Below the pieces are notes generated by a model. That model was not told the DNA's origin and did no database searches. It saw only the letters and a list, made by a program, of their open reading frames with translations. This document shows positions 1-9,747 of a stretch of DNA of 64,000 nucleotides, in pieces (positions within the stretch are counted from its first letter, which is position 1; each line of letters opens with the position of its first letter). Origin of the DNA: Acholeplasmatales bacterium (lineage in GTDB: Bacteria > Bacillota_I > Bacilli_A > Acholeplasmatales > JAEDCM01); assembly GCA_017961685.1 (NCBI GenBank), contig JAGCWW010000084.1, positions 8,450-72,449 on the forward strand. The letters are read 5' to 3'. A program made the translations under genes and the position numbers.

Positions 1-1
1 T

Positions 2-1567
2 AGATATTATAACACAGAACATGCTCAATCTTCTAGAACTCAACTTTTATATAGTCAATATTTTGAAACCTATCCAGCAAGTTGTGAGAAGTTTAATAAA
101 GAAGAAAGAGAGTTTTTTAAGAGAAATTCTGTAAGTATTTCTGAAGGTAACAATAACCTGTTTGAAGTTTGGCATGTTGTTTGGAGAGGAGAAGCTCGTA
201 GAGGTATTCTTACTTATATCAATGAAGTAGGCTTTCAAACACAAAGAGTAGTTGATGAAGGATATACTTTAAATAAAGAAGCTGGTGATATATCTATAGA
301 ATGGGCTTATGAACCTCAAGTTTATGAAGGTTATCGCATAGGAACACGTTATACAGGAATTTATCCTATTAAAGCTAGACCTTTACCTTATGAACGTAAT
401 GGTAAATTACCTTATAATGGTATAATGGAAGTGCTTCCTTTTATGGGTAAATTTAGTATTATTAAACTTGTTTCTCCATATCAGATTATGAGAAATATTA
501 TATTTTATCATCGTGAGATGGTTATAGCTAAAAATAAAATGCTTATTCTTTTATTACCTGAATCTCTTATTGCTTCTAATACTGAAGATAAGCTTTATAA
601 AATGGCTGCTGATAATGTTCTTCTTGTTGATGATACAGAAGATTCTAATAGTTTAAAGATGCAACAAGTTCGTCTTTTAAATGCTAATTTAGGAGATTAT
701 ATCAAACAACTTACAGACCTTATTGAGTCTATTAAACTTGAAGCAAGAGAAATGGTAGATATGAATATGCAACGATATGGTGAAATTGCTCAATCTGCTG
801 GTAATGCTACAACTCAAGAAGCTATTACACGTTCTTCTATGGGCAGTGTAATAATTGTAACAATGTTTGACGAAATGCGTAAACGTGATTATCAACGTGA
901 TATTGATTTTGCCAAACTTGCATATATTGATGGTTTACAAACTTCTTTCTTTGATGACAAAGATAATCGTCGTTATATAAGTCTTGATGTAAATTCTTTT
1001 ATATGGGGAGATTATTCTGCTTTTGTTAAGAATGACCAAAAAGAAATTGATAAACTTAATGAACTTAAACAATGGGCTTTTTCTGCTGCACAAAATGGTG
1101 ATTTAGATATGGCTATTGCAGCTATAACTGGAAATAATGTTACACAGATTAAAGATACTGTTAATAAGTTTATGGAAATTAAACGTCAGCATGAAGAGCA
1201 AATGAAACAAGCAGAACAAATGTTGAAGCAAGAAGAACTGCAAGCTAAGATTGCTGAGATTCAAGCTAAGGGAGAAGAAGATAGAAAAACAGAAGCTCTT
1301 AAATATCAATATGAGATGCAACTTAAATATATTGATGTTGATATGAGTTTACTTGGCACTCCTGCTGAAGATACCGCTGCTCGTGATAGACTTGCTGAAT
1401 TGGCAGAACAAAATAAAACTAATATTGCTCAACAGAAACTTAATCTTGATAGAGAAAAGTTAGTTGGAGATATGTATAATAAAGCTGCTGATAGACAAGT
1501 TAAACGTGAAGAAATGGAGAATCAATTAAAGATTGCTAGAACTAATAAGAATAAATATGATAAGTAA
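2..1567 (+). CDS. portal protein (5'-truncated by window edge)
   Basis: Frame 2 is open from nt 2 and runs into tracked ORF 425..1567. It lies directly upstream of the head genes. The C-terminal E/K/Q-rich helical tail (KQHEEQMKQAEQMLKQEELQAKIAEIQAK) resembles P22/crAss-type portal barrels. Family call is from memory, not a search. Confidence 0.5.
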   Translation, partial: RYYNTEHAQSSRTQLLYSQYFETYPASCEKFNKEEREFFKRNSVSISEGNNNLFEVWHVVWRGEARRGILTYINEVGFQTQRVVDEGYTLNKEAGDISIEWAYEPQVYEGYRIGTRYTGIYPIKARPLPYERNGKLPYNGIMEVLPFMGKFSIIKLVSPYQIMRNIIFYHREMVIAKNKMLILLLPESLIASNTEDKLYKMAADNVLLVDDTEDSNSLKMQQVRLLNANLGDYIKQLTDLIESIKLEAREMVDMNMQRYGEIAQSAGNATTQEAITRSSMGSVIIVTMFDEMRKRDYQRDIDFAKLAYIDGLQTSFFDDKDNRRYISLDVNSFIWGDYSAFVKNDQKEIDKLNELKQWAFSAAQNGDLDMAIAAITGNNVTQIKDTVNKFMEIKRQHEEQMKQAEQMLKQEELQAKIAEIQAKGEEDRKTEALKYQYEMQLKYIDVDMSLLGTPAEDTAARDRLAELAEQNKTNIAQQKLNLDREKLVGDMYNKAADRQVKREEMENQLKIARTNKNKYDK

Positions 1568-1570
1568 ATT

Positions 1571-2437
1571 ATGGCTAAAAAACATTTAGATGAACAAAAA
1601 GGTAAATTTACGTCAATGCCTTATGTTACTTTTCCATCAATAAATATAAATAAAACAAATGTTGCTAATGTAATAAGACAAAGATTGTATGACAATATAA
1701 TACCTTTTAGTTATAATAAACCGATACAAAGACTTTATTCTGCCGTAGTAAAAAATAAACAATCTAAACATGAAATGATGCCAGATTCTGGTAATTATGA
1801 TGTATTAGATGAATTATGGGCTAATTATTTACAAATTCCTGCAAACAAAAGACATTATGATTCAGCATTAAAAGAATCTAAATATAAACCTTCTATTTCC
1901 AAAGATGCTTTTGCCAAATACTATGCACTACCTCTAACTAACGAAGATAAACAACGTTTAGTAACATACGCTATCAGAGGTTCAAACGTAGAAACAAATC
2001 CCGAACTTGGTGAGTATAAACTAGGGCTAGGAGAAGATACAAATGGTAAATATGTATCTTATTATGATGGTTGGGATTTAAATCCATTTAGAGGTGTAAC
2101 TTCTTATGGTAATAAGTTAATTTCTATACTAGGTTTAGATAAAATAGAAGATTTAAGTTTTGGTATAGGTAAACCTTTAGAAGTATATGATAGATTTTAT
2201 TATGATGATAATGGTAAGCTTATAACAGGAAATAATCTATCGAAAAAGTATGGCGGTTCCCTTCGTCGGTCTCTTAAATCTGGTGGTTCAATTTATATCA
2301 AACCTTCTCATAGAGGTCGTCTTACTGAACTTAAAGCTAGAACTGGAAAATCAGAAGCTGAACTTTATAACGATGGTAATCCTGCTCATAAGAAGATGGT
2401 AGTATTTGCAAGAAATGCTCGTAAATGGAAACAGTGA
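1571..2437 (+). CDS. hypothetical virion-module protein with basic C-terminus
   Basis: ATG ORF of 288 aa starting 4 nt after the portal stop. C-terminus reads GGSLRRSLKSGGSIYIKPSHRG...FARNARKWKQ. Confidence 0.7.
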   Translation: MAKKHLDEQKGKFTSMPYVTFPSININKTNVANVIRQRLYDNIIPFSYNKPIQRLYSAVVKNKQSKHEMMPDSGNYDVLDELWANYLQIPANKRHYDSALKESKYKPSISKDAFAKYYALPLTNEDKQRLVTYAIRGSNVETNPELGEYKLGLGEDTNGKYVSYYDGWDLNPFRGVTSYGNKLISILGLDKIEDLSFGIGKPLEVYDRFYYDDNGKLITGNNLSKKYGGSLRRSLKSGGSIYIKPSHRGRLTELKARTGKSEAELYNDGNPAHKKMVVFARNARKWKQ

Positions 2438-2438
2438 T

Positions 2439-2552
2439 ATGAAAGAAGTTGAAATTAAAACAGGTAATGGAATATATGAAAGAAGTAAACATCTTATTCC
2501 TGTTAGTACAGAGAAAATAACTTATGAAAAATTAGTAAATTATTTTAAATAA
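2439..2552 (+). CDS. small hypothetical protein (37 aa)
   Basis: ATG ORF MKEVEIKTGNGIYERSKHLIPVSTEKITYEKLVNYFK fills the gap between neighbouring genes. It is below the ORF-track size cutoff. Confidence 0.25.
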   Translation: MKEVEIKTGNGIYERSKHLIPVSTEKITYEKLVNYFK

Positions 2553-2558
2553 AGCATT

Positions 2559-3296
2559 ATGGATATTCTTTATGTTTTAGGACATCATTCTAAATGGGAA
2601 GATAATGAATTGCGTTATTCACTTAGAAGTTTAGAAAAATATGGTAAAAATATAGACAATATGTATCTTATTGGTTATAATCCTGGATTTCTTTCTGATA
2701 AAATAAATATACTTGATTATACTGATACTTACAAACATATACAAAAACAAAAGAATATTCTTAAAGCCATATGTTATGCTGTAGATTATTTCAAACTTGA
2801 TGAATTTTTATATTCTTCTGATGACCATTTCTATATAAAAGAAACAGATTTTGATAATTATCCTTATTTTAGTAGAGGAGAATTATCTAAAAATCCTGAT
2901 ACAATTAAAGCTGTTGTTTATAGAAAAAGTTTAAAAGATACAAGAAATATACTTGAACATAACGGTTATACTTATTATAACTTTAGTCAACATGGTAATA
3001 CTCATATGTCTAAACAAGCTATATATTATGCTAAACTTATTATAGAAAAGTCATATAGTACCTTATATGGTTGTGAACCTACTTGTATACTTTTAAATGT
3101 TTTATATAAATACAAGAAATTTCCTATAATACAACGAGAAGATGTTAAGATTTTTAAAGATTTTACAACTAAAGAAGACTTACTTAATCGACTTGGAGAT
3201 AGAGAAGTATTTTCTATATCAAATGAAACTTTGAAAGTGGGTATGAAAGAATGTTTACAAGAATTATTCCCATATAAATCAAAGTATGAATTATAA
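2559..3296 (+). CDS. Stealth CR1/CR2-like putative sugar-phosphate/glycosyl transferase
   Basis: N-terminus DILYVLG..SKWEDNELRYSLRSLEKYG..MYLIGYNPGFL and later LYSSDDHF resemble the Stealth-family conserved regions (DxVYTWV, ELRYSLRS, NDD). The match is from memory only. The gene is followed by its own terminator. Confidence 0.4.
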   Translation: MDILYVLGHHSKWEDNELRYSLRSLEKYGKNIDNMYLIGYNPGFLSDKINILDYTDTYKHIQKQKNILKAICYAVDYFKLDEFLYSSDDHFYIKETDFDNYPYFSRGELSKNPDTIKAVVYRKSLKDTRNILEHNGYTYYNFSQHGNTHMSKQAIYYAKLIIEKSYSTLYGCEPTCILLNVLYKYKKFPIIQREDVKIFKDFTTKEDLLNRLGDREVFSISNETLKVGMKECLQELFPYKSKYEL

Positions 3297-3332
3297 CAAA
3301 TAACGTAACTTTAGTGCATTTCCAAGTTACTC

Positions 3333-3370
3333 GTGGTGGTTGTCCTAGTGATAATCACCACTTATTTTAT
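3333..3370 (+). terminator. rho-independent terminator after the Stealth-like gene
   Basis: gtggtggtt / aatcaccac stem (one mismatch) with an 11-nt loop, followed by ttatttta. Confidence 0.6.
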
Positions 3371-3455
3371 ATAATATTTTGAAATTCAATTTAAGCGCAT
3401 CTATTTTGTTTTGTGTGCAATTATACACAAAAGCACTTTTGAATAAACGTAGCTT

Positions 3456-3473
3456 AAAAGGAACAGAAAAATA
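3456..3473 (+). repeat. 18-nt element AAAAGGAACAGAAAAATA (copy 1)
   Basis: Identical 18-mer recurs at 53383-53400. A diverged version (aaaagaaacagagaaaat) lies at 59854-59871. Confidence 0.7.
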
Positions 3474-3597
3474 GGCTTCTTTACATCACAATTTGATAAC
3501 ATTAACCGAAAATTTAAGTGTTGCTCTTTACATTATAAATACTATTGGCAGTAATTAAAATAGAAGTAATTTAACTAATTAAATTATTATAAACGCT

Positions 3598-3628
3598 TTT
3601 GAAGTTATTATTAAAAGTGCTATTTTTG
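3598..3628 (+). promoter_or_regulatory. Bacteroidota-type promoter (TTTG-N19-TATTTTTG)
   Basis: TTTG at 3598-3601 and TAnnTTTG match at 3621-3628, 47 nt upstream of the ATG at 3675. Consensus is taken from published Bacteroides sigma-A promoters. Confidence 0.55.
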
Positions 3629-3674
3629 CAGCAGATATTTAAAGTATTTGTTTAATCATAGTAAAATTAAAATT

Positions 3675-4991
3675 ATGGACATTGATTTTGAAGGAAAAGG
3701 TGCTGTTAATGCACAACCTAATGGTGGACAGCAAGGAACTTCTGGTAATAACGGTAATCCTGCTAATCAGCCTGATACTACTCATTTAAATGGTAGCGAA
3801 ACTGTTGATATTAACGGAGATGATAAAAACAATAATGGTAATACAGGTGAAGGTGCTACTACTGATGATAATAATGGTGGTAGTAATGGAGAAGAAAATA
3901 AGTCCAATAACTCTTCTACGGGGGGTCTAGAGCCTGGTACTGAAATTGAATTTGATGGTATTATTTATACCGTTGATAATGCAGGAAATGTTGTAGATAA
4001 AGAAGGTAAACTTTTTAAAGAAGCTAAAGATGTAAAAGCATGGCTTGAAGAAAATAATGTTGATGATAATAACGAGAATGATACTTTGTCTATAGATTCT
4101 ATTCGTGAAGCTGTAGGTATTGACATTACTGATGAAAACGGGAAACCTGTAGAATTTACTAATGATGCTGCAGGTGTTAAAAGTTATATAGATTCTGTTA
4201 GAAATCTTCAAGCTGCTGAAATAGCACAAGGTGCTGTTAATAAATTGTTTGCAGATAATCCAGTACTTAAACAGTTTATTGATTATGTTGAAATTACTGG
4301 AAGTCCCAAAGGTTTTGGTGACATTCCCGATAGAAGTGGTATTCAGCTTGATAAAGATAATGAATCTCAGCTTGAAGCTATTGTAAGAATGGCAGCTAAA
4401 GAGTTTGGTAATAGGAGTGTGAGTGATTCTTATATCAAATATCTTAAAGAGTCTGGAGGTCTTTATGATGAAGCTAAAACTCAACTTGAAGCTTTAGTTG
4501 GTAAAGATAAGGCTTATCGTAAAGAAATAGAAAATCGTGCTAAAGCTGCTAGAGAACAAGAGGAACAAAGTGTTCGTAATTATTGGCAAAGCGTTAGTGA
4601 TGCTATAGCTAAAAAAGTTATTGGAGGTTATAAACTTCCTGATAGCTTTGTAAAAGAAATTAATGGTCAAAAGATTACTTATACTACAGAAGATTTCTTT
4701 AAATATCTTTCTGAGCCTGCTGTTAAAGACGAAGATGGTAATGTTTTGACTGGTTATCAAAGAGATTTAGCTAAATTAACTGACGAAGAAGCTTTAAATA
4801 AAGAGCTTCTTGATGCTTGGCTTACATTTACAGGCGGAAGTTATAAAGATTTGATTGACATGGCTATTAAAGAAGATGCTGTTCGCAAATTAGTTATTAA
4901 GTCTAAACAACAACGTTCTGCACATACTGTTAAGATTAATAAGCCAGAAGGTAGTAAAAAAGTAGATTTTAATAAGATTCTACTGAACTAA
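3675..4991 (+). CDS. head-module protein, possible scaffolding/decoration protein
   Basis: ATG at 3675; the track start at 3648 is a TTG. It has a G/N/D-rich low-complexity N-terminus followed by a helical K/E-rich body. It sits directly upstream of the MCP candidate and has strongly biased GGT/GCT/CGT/CTT codon use. Function is guessed from position only. Confidence 0.35.
   Translation: MDIDFEGKGAVNAQPNGGQQGTSGNNGNPANQPDTTHLNGSETVDINGDDKNNNGNTGEGATTDDNNGGSNGEENKSNNSSTGGLEPGTEIEFDGIIYTVDNAGNVVDKEGKLFKEAKDVKAWLEENNVDDNNENDTLSIDSIREAVGIDITDENGKPVEFTNDAAGVKSYIDSVRNLQAAEIAQGAVNKLFADNPVLKQFIDYVEITGSPKGFGDIPDRSGIQLDKDNESQLEAIVRMAAKEFGNRSVSDSYIKYLKESGGLYDEAKTQLEALVGKDKAYRKEIENRAKAAREQEEQSVRNYWQSVSDAIAKKVIGGYKLPDSFVKEINGQKITYTTEDFFKYLSEPAVKDEDGNVLTGYQRDLAKLTDEEALNKELLDAWLTFTGGSYKDLIDMAIKEDAVRKLVIKSKQQRSAHTVKINKPEGSKKVDFNKILLN
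3911..3925 (+). repeat. YnTACGn motif copy
   Basis: ctcttcTACGGGGGG, inside ORF 3675..4991 where it is read as S-S-T-G-G. Confidence 0.9.
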
Positions 4992-5020
4992 GATTTATTA
5001 ATTATTAAATTATTTATTTT

Positions 5021-6511
5021 ATGTACAAACTTAGAGAAGTAAGTCGTGGTAATTATGATGACCGTGGTTATTCAAATGAAGAAACTATTGCTCATCTTAT
5101 GCTTACACATCCTGAGGAAATTAATAACACCCTTACCTATACTTTTGGTATGGATGATGATAGGTTTCCTTTAACTTTCCTTACTGAGGGTCAAGGTTCT
5201 GCTGGTGTTGTTGATATTTCTACAGAGCAGTGGACTTGGAAGATTATGGGACGTATGAAGTTTAATGATTACGTTATTTGGTTTAATACAAGTAATACAA
5301 CTCCTGGTAAGGGTGGTGCTATGTTTGATGTTGAGTTTGCTACTCATTGGTTGATTGAGCAGTATGGTTTGATTGCTCCTGATAGTAGGACTCAAGTTCG
5401 TATTATGAAAGACCTTGGAGAAGGTGCTCATGGTGGTTATCTTTATCGTTTGAAGATTACTAGTCCTAATCCTAATGTTTATGTAGATCCTTCTATGCTT
5501 GCTAAGGGTAAGTATTGGAGTATGACTGCACCTACAATTAGTGCTTCTTACAGTAAGGGAAATCGTTCTAATGTTATGGGTCCTGGTAAGATGACTTCTC
5601 AGCTTGAGTATCATCGTTATTCTAAGGAAATTGCTGGTAACATTAGTAATACTATTGTAACTTACGAGTTTAAGACCACTGATGGTGGTACAACAAATCT
5701 TTGGATTAATGAGGAGATGCGTCAGCATAATATTAATATTCGTATTATGGATGAAGAGCGTCTTTGGCTTGCTGAATATAATCGTACTGAAAACGGTGAA
5801 GTAACTCTTGTTGACCCTGATAATGGTCAACCAATTCCTCATACTTCTGGTATGATGGAGATTTGTCGTGAGGCAAATTATGATACTTATGGTGAATATC
5901 TTACATTGAATAAGATTGAACGTACTATTGGTGATGTTTTGGATAAGGATACTGATACTGGTACTATGGAAGTTGTTCTTATGGCTGGTAAGGGCTTTAT
6001 GCAAGATTTTGACCAAGCTATTCGTAATGATGCTAAGTCTGAAGGTTTTGTTACACCTCTTGGTGACAAGATGATTGAAGATTTTGATGGAGGTCTTTCT
6101 TATGGTAAGTATTTCCGTCGTTATAAGACAGTAGATAATCATATTATTACTTTGAAGCATCTTTCTTTCCTTGATAAGGGTACTCTTGCAGACAATGATA
6201 AGGCTAATGGTAACGTACATCCTCGTACAGGTCTTCCAATGTCTTCACATCAGGCTTTCCTTATTGATATGAGTAAGTATAGTAATAAGGATGAAGGTTC
6301 TGTTCGTAATGTTCGTAAGGTTCGTCTGAAGGGTCAGATTTATCTTAGTGGCGTACTTAAAGGTCTTACTCCTATTCCAGCTTCTTGGGGCGGTGTTCCT
6401 CAGAATAGTCTTGGAACAGAGATTGATATGAGTCGTTATGAGATTAAGAATACTTACGGCTTGCAAGTAAACAATAACACAAAGATGTTCCAATTACAGT
6501 GTAAACTCTAA
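5021..6511 (+). CDS. major capsid protein (HK97-fold type) candidate
   Basis: 496-aa ORF in the portal-scaffold-coat position. It has the strongest high-expression codon bias in the window, and its size fits crAss-like MCPs. No search was possible. Confidence 0.55.
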   Translation: MYKLREVSRGNYDDRGYSNEETIAHLMLTHPEEINNTLTYTFGMDDDRFPLTFLTEGQGSAGVVDISTEQWTWKIMGRMKFNDYVIWFNTSNTTPGKGGAMFDVEFATHWLIEQYGLIAPDSRTQVRIMKDLGEGAHGGYLYRLKITSPNPNVYVDPSMLAKGKYWSMTAPTISASYSKGNRSNVMGPGKMTSQLEYHRYSKEIAGNISNTIVTYEFKTTDGGTTNLWINEEMRQHNINIRIMDEERLWLAEYNRTENGEVTLVDPDNGQPIPHTSGMMEICREANYDTYGEYLTLNKIERTIGDVLDKDTDTGTMEVVLMAGKGFMQDFDQAIRNDAKSEGFVTPLGDKMIEDFDGGLSYGKYFRRYKTVDNHIITLKHLSFLDKGTLADNDKANGNVHPRTGLPMSSHQAFLIDMSKYSNKDEGSVRNVRKVRLKGQIYLSGVLKGLTPIPASWGGVPQNSLGTEIDMSRYEIKNTYGLQVNNNTKMFQLQCKL

Positions 6512-6534
6512 TTATTAATTAAAATTATACGGAT

Positions 6535-7653
6535 ATGAATATTACACCTAATACTCCTACACAAAAGGCTGGTGGAAATACAAGTTCACCTGAGGTAAAA
6601 GTTCCTGCTGGAACTACAAATAATACAACTATTTCTAATGATGAATTGAATAGTGAGTATATTGATAAGCGTAGTGTAACTATTAGTCTTGTACACAACT
6701 ATTCTAATTATCGTCGCGTTAATTTAAAAGTCTTAGGTCAGAGAAAAGAAACTATTGGTTCTTCTGTTAAGTCGTGTCAAATTCTTTCCTCTAACGCTGA
6801 AGAAGTAGCAGCTTATTTTCCAGCTCTTATAGGTTTATCACCTACTAATCCTGATTTTATTACTAGAGTTAAAGCTTGGCTTAGTAATATACAGTTTACT
6901 ATTAACGAGAATGATGTAAGTCTTGATACTACATTTATTTATAAGCATAAAGCTGATTATTTAAAGATTCAAGAAGAAGAAGATAGAATTAATAAAGAGT
7001 ATGATAAAGTTGATAGGGCAAATACTGCTGCTATTAAAGAAGCATTAAAGATTAAAATTGATGCTTTAAATACTCTTGAAAGTTCTAAATATAAATACGG
7101 TCATCCTGCTAAACTTGAAGATTATCTTATGTATCGTCATTGTCTTTTATACTCTGATGTTGCAAAAGATATTGCTCTAATTAATTCAGATCCTACTCTT
7201 AGGTTCTATATTAAGGATGAAGCTAGAGAAGCAGAAAAGCAGAAGAAGTTGACGGAACAAAAGACAAAGGCAATGAAGAACTTTGTTGAACTTAACGGTA
7301 CTGAAGCTAAGTTCAATGCAGTTTATGTTGCTATGTGTGTATTCCGTAATGATAATCTTTCTGAAGCTCTTCTTAAATCTCGTAACGAAAAGGTTGCTGC
7401 ACTTATTGATTTTGTTAATACAAATCCTGATAAGTTCAATCGTTTTGTTGAAGATAAGAATGTTCAGCTCAAAGCGTTTATTGAAACATTGATTGTTCGT
7501 GGTGAACTTGTACGTTCTGAGTTTAATCAGCAAATTTCTACAGCTGAAGGAACATTTATTGGTTCTAATATGAACGAAGCTATTGCTTGGTTTGAAAATG
7601 AAGAACATAAAGATGTTCGTGAAGCTTATGAAAATAAAATTAAACTTTTTTAA
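6535..7653 (+). CDS. head/connector-module structural protein, function unknown
   Basis: 372-aa ATG ORF, tightly packed after the MCP candidate. Confidence 0.6.
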   Translation: MNITPNTPTQKAGGNTSSPEVKVPAGTTNNTTISNDELNSEYIDKRSVTISLVHNYSNYRRVNLKVLGQRKETIGSSVKSCQILSSNAEEVAAYFPALIGLSPTNPDFITRVKAWLSNIQFTINENDVSLDTTFIYKHKADYLKIQEEEDRINKEYDKVDRANTAAIKEALKIKIDALNTLESSKYKYGHPAKLEDYLMYRHCLLYSDVAKDIALINSDPTLRFYIKDEAREAEKQKKLTEQKTKAMKNFVELNGTEAKFNAVYVAMCVFRNDNLSEALLKSRNEKVAALIDFVNTNPDKFNRFVEDKNVQLKAFIETLIVRGELVRSEFNQQISTAEGTFIGSNMNEAIAWFENEEHKDVREAYENKIKLF

Positions 7654-7665
7654 TATATTAGAGTT

Positions 7666-8697
7666 ATGACTATAGCTGAGATGCACGTATGGTTTCGACA
7701 GTATGCTCAACAAATGGGTATGCAAAATGTTCGAGCTATTCTTCCAGAACAAATTGACCTAGTCATTAATTCGAGCATTACAGATACAGTCAATCAGATA
7801 ATCACACAAAACATTGGTATAACTAACGATAGAATTATCACAGATAACTCTAAAATTGGTCAAATCAATGCTCTTAGAAGTCTTTACAAAGTTAAAATTG
7901 TAGATACTACTATCAATCCTGATCTTATAGGTCCTGAGCCTGGTAATCCTTTTTCACTTGGTGATGAAGCTTATATAGAACGCATATATGGTAAAATTGC
8001 TGACTTTAATAATAGTTCGTCTAGATATTATGCGATTGTTAGTGAAACAATTAGTGGAGAAGAAGTCTATAATGCTGTAAGAATACCTAAAGACACGTTT
8101 GATAGTTTAACTGATAAAGTAACTGTTACTAGTCTTGATGACATATCTTCTTATGAAACTGTAGATTATAATGGTTATGGTATTGAACTTGAAGCTACTG
8201 AAAATCAATTTGATTATCTTTATCTTGTAGATTTATCATTAAATTATAGAACTGTAAGTAATAAAGTAACAAATTATTTTCCAGTACGTCTTATAGATGA
8301 TATATATCTTGCTGATACACTTAATGATTTTGTTCTTAGACCTAGATTCAGAACTCCTATTGCAGTAGTATACAATAATCAACTTGATTTGTATATTGAT
8401 GTTTTAGAAGGCACTGATGGCAATAAGCATCTTCCTCAAGGACTTAATACCAATAATCTTCGTGTAAGTTATATTGGTAAACCTGCTAAGGTTCAATATT
8501 TAAGTGATATTGATGGTGTTGATGTAAATTGTGATTTACCTGATTATTTACATGTTGATATTCTTAAACATGCTGTAGACCTTTATCGTATTTCTGTTCA
8601 AGGAGGTATGTATAGTGCTCAACAGCAACAACAAGCTCAAAATCAGGAAATAGCTAGAAATAATGTTCGTCCTGATAATGAAGGTTATCAATCTTAA
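7666..8697 (+). CDS. head/connector-module structural protein, function unknown
   Basis: 343-aa ATG ORF with a Q-rich C-terminus (SAQQQQQAQNQE). Confidence 0.6.
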   Translation: MTIAEMHVWFRQYAQQMGMQNVRAILPEQIDLVINSSITDTVNQIITQNIGITNDRIITDNSKIGQINALRSLYKVKIVDTTINPDLIGPEPGNPFSLGDEAYIERIYGKIADFNNSSSRYYAIVSETISGEEVYNAVRIPKDTFDSLTDKVTVTSLDDISSYETVDYNGYGIELEATENQFDYLYLVDLSLNYRTVSNKVTNYFPVRLIDDIYLADTLNDFVLRPRFRTPIAVVYNNQLDLYIDVLEGTDGNKHLPQGLNTNNLRVSYIGKPAKVQYLSDIDGVDVNCDLPDYLHVDILKHAVDLYRISVQGGMYSAQQQQQAQNQEIARNNVRPDNEGYQS

Positions 8698-8718
8698 ATT
8701 TAAATAATTATTATTAAT

Positions 8719-9702
8719 ATGAAACAACTTTTAATTGTAGATAAGGCTAAAGCCCTTAATGCTAATACAGGTACCACTGTTACTCCATACAATTTGAGTG
8801 GTCTTGCTAAAGGTGCTATTTCTTTCTTTGAACTTGGTGCTTCAAGTCTGCTTTCTGCTGCACCTACGAAGAATTTCGCTATTGCTCTTGGTCGTGGTAG
8901 TAACAGTCCTGCTTTTGTAATTCCTGAAGTTGATATTGATACACTTCAGATTACTAAAGCTCTTCCCGTACCTGGCAAAGCATTTAGTCGTAAGTTTACT
9001 TTCCCCACTCCTGTAAAAGGTAAAGATTATAGTATTATGTTTATTAAGTGTGCTACTGTACCTCATGAACGTAATACTTGGACTTGTACTGTAACTGCTA
9101 GTGGAACTACTGCTTCTACTGAAGCTACTGCAATGAAAACCGCTATTGAAGCAAAGCTTGGCGATAAGTTTACTGTAAGTGTCGCTACTGCTGCTGTTAC
9201 TATTACAGCTAAAACTGTTGGTGAGCAGTGGGAAGCTAAGTTTGCTGATGAACTTACTGGTACTTCTTGGGCTGGTAGTACAGATTATGTGAATGCTGAA
9301 CCTACTATTGGTGATAAAGCTTATGTTCAGCATCTTGCTTCTATGTGTGCTGCTGGTAAGGGCTTTACAGACACATATCGTGATGGTGATACTATCTATC
9401 CTGGTTATCCTGAAGTTGTCGAAGATTTGACTCCAAATACTTCTGGTGATGCTGGCGCTAGTACATCTGGTTATGCAGTATTTACTCTTCGTTTCCAAGT
9501 AGGACGCGATGCTGCTAAAACTCGTGATGAAAAAGTATGGCAAGTAGTTCATATTGCAGTACCTGTTGATAGTGGTTCTGCTTATGCTGCAATTTCTTCA
9601 ATTCTTCCTGAAGGAAATTTTAAGGATGCTAAGACTGCTGCTATTGCTGCAGAAGTTGTAGAAGAAATGGTTAATAGTAGTGACCTTAATGAAAGTGCTT
9701 AA
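8719..9702 (+). CDS. abundant virion protein, possible auxiliary capsid protein
   Basis: 327-aa ORF rich in A/T/G residues, with the same high-expression codon bias as the MCP candidate. It is followed by a hairpin. Confidence 0.4.
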   Translation: MKQLLIVDKAKALNANTGTTVTPYNLSGLAKGAISFFELGASSLLSAAPTKNFAIALGRGSNSPAFVIPEVDIDTLQITKALPVPGKAFSRKFTFPTPVKGKDYSIMFIKCATVPHERNTWTCTVTASGTTASTEATAMKTAIEAKLGDKFTVSVATAAVTITAKTVGEQWEAKFADELTGTSWAGSTDYVNAEPTIGDKAYVQHLASMCAAGKGFTDTYRDGDTIYPGYPEVVEDLTPNTSGDAGASTSGYAVFTLRFQVGRDAAKTRDEKVWQVVHIAVPVDSGSAYAAISSILPEGNFKDAKTAAIAAEVVEEMVNSSDLNESA

Positions 9703-9712
9703 TATGATTATA

Positions 9713-9747
9713 AATCCCAACATCTCCTTTACGGGGGTGCTGGGATT
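9713..9747 (+). promoter_or_regulatory. 7-bp hairpin presenting the YnTACGn motif in its loop
   Basis: aatccca (9713-9719) pairs with tgggatt (9741-9747). The loop is acatctcctttacgggggtgc. It lies between the stop at 9702 and the ATG at 9760. Confidence 0.6.
9723..9737 (+). repeat. YnTACGn motif copy (intergenic)
   Basis: tctccttTACGGGGG, followed 7 nt later by ATTAAACTTAAT (9745-9756). Confidence 0.9.

Noticed and set aside
5171-6220. 349-aa minus-strand ORF antisense to the capsid gene, plus many similar antisense or alternate-frame ORFs in the track (e.g. 689-895, 3927-4484, 7186-7752, 8842-9552, 11610-12170, 17704-18285, 49654-50064, 54613-54894, 58716-59027).
   Set aside because: They lie entirely inside longer, better-formed ORFs on the other strand or frame. 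Their translations are low-complexity (I/N/S/F/K/T-rich) strings typical of the mirror frame of AT-rich coding DNA. None has its own start context or intergenic space.
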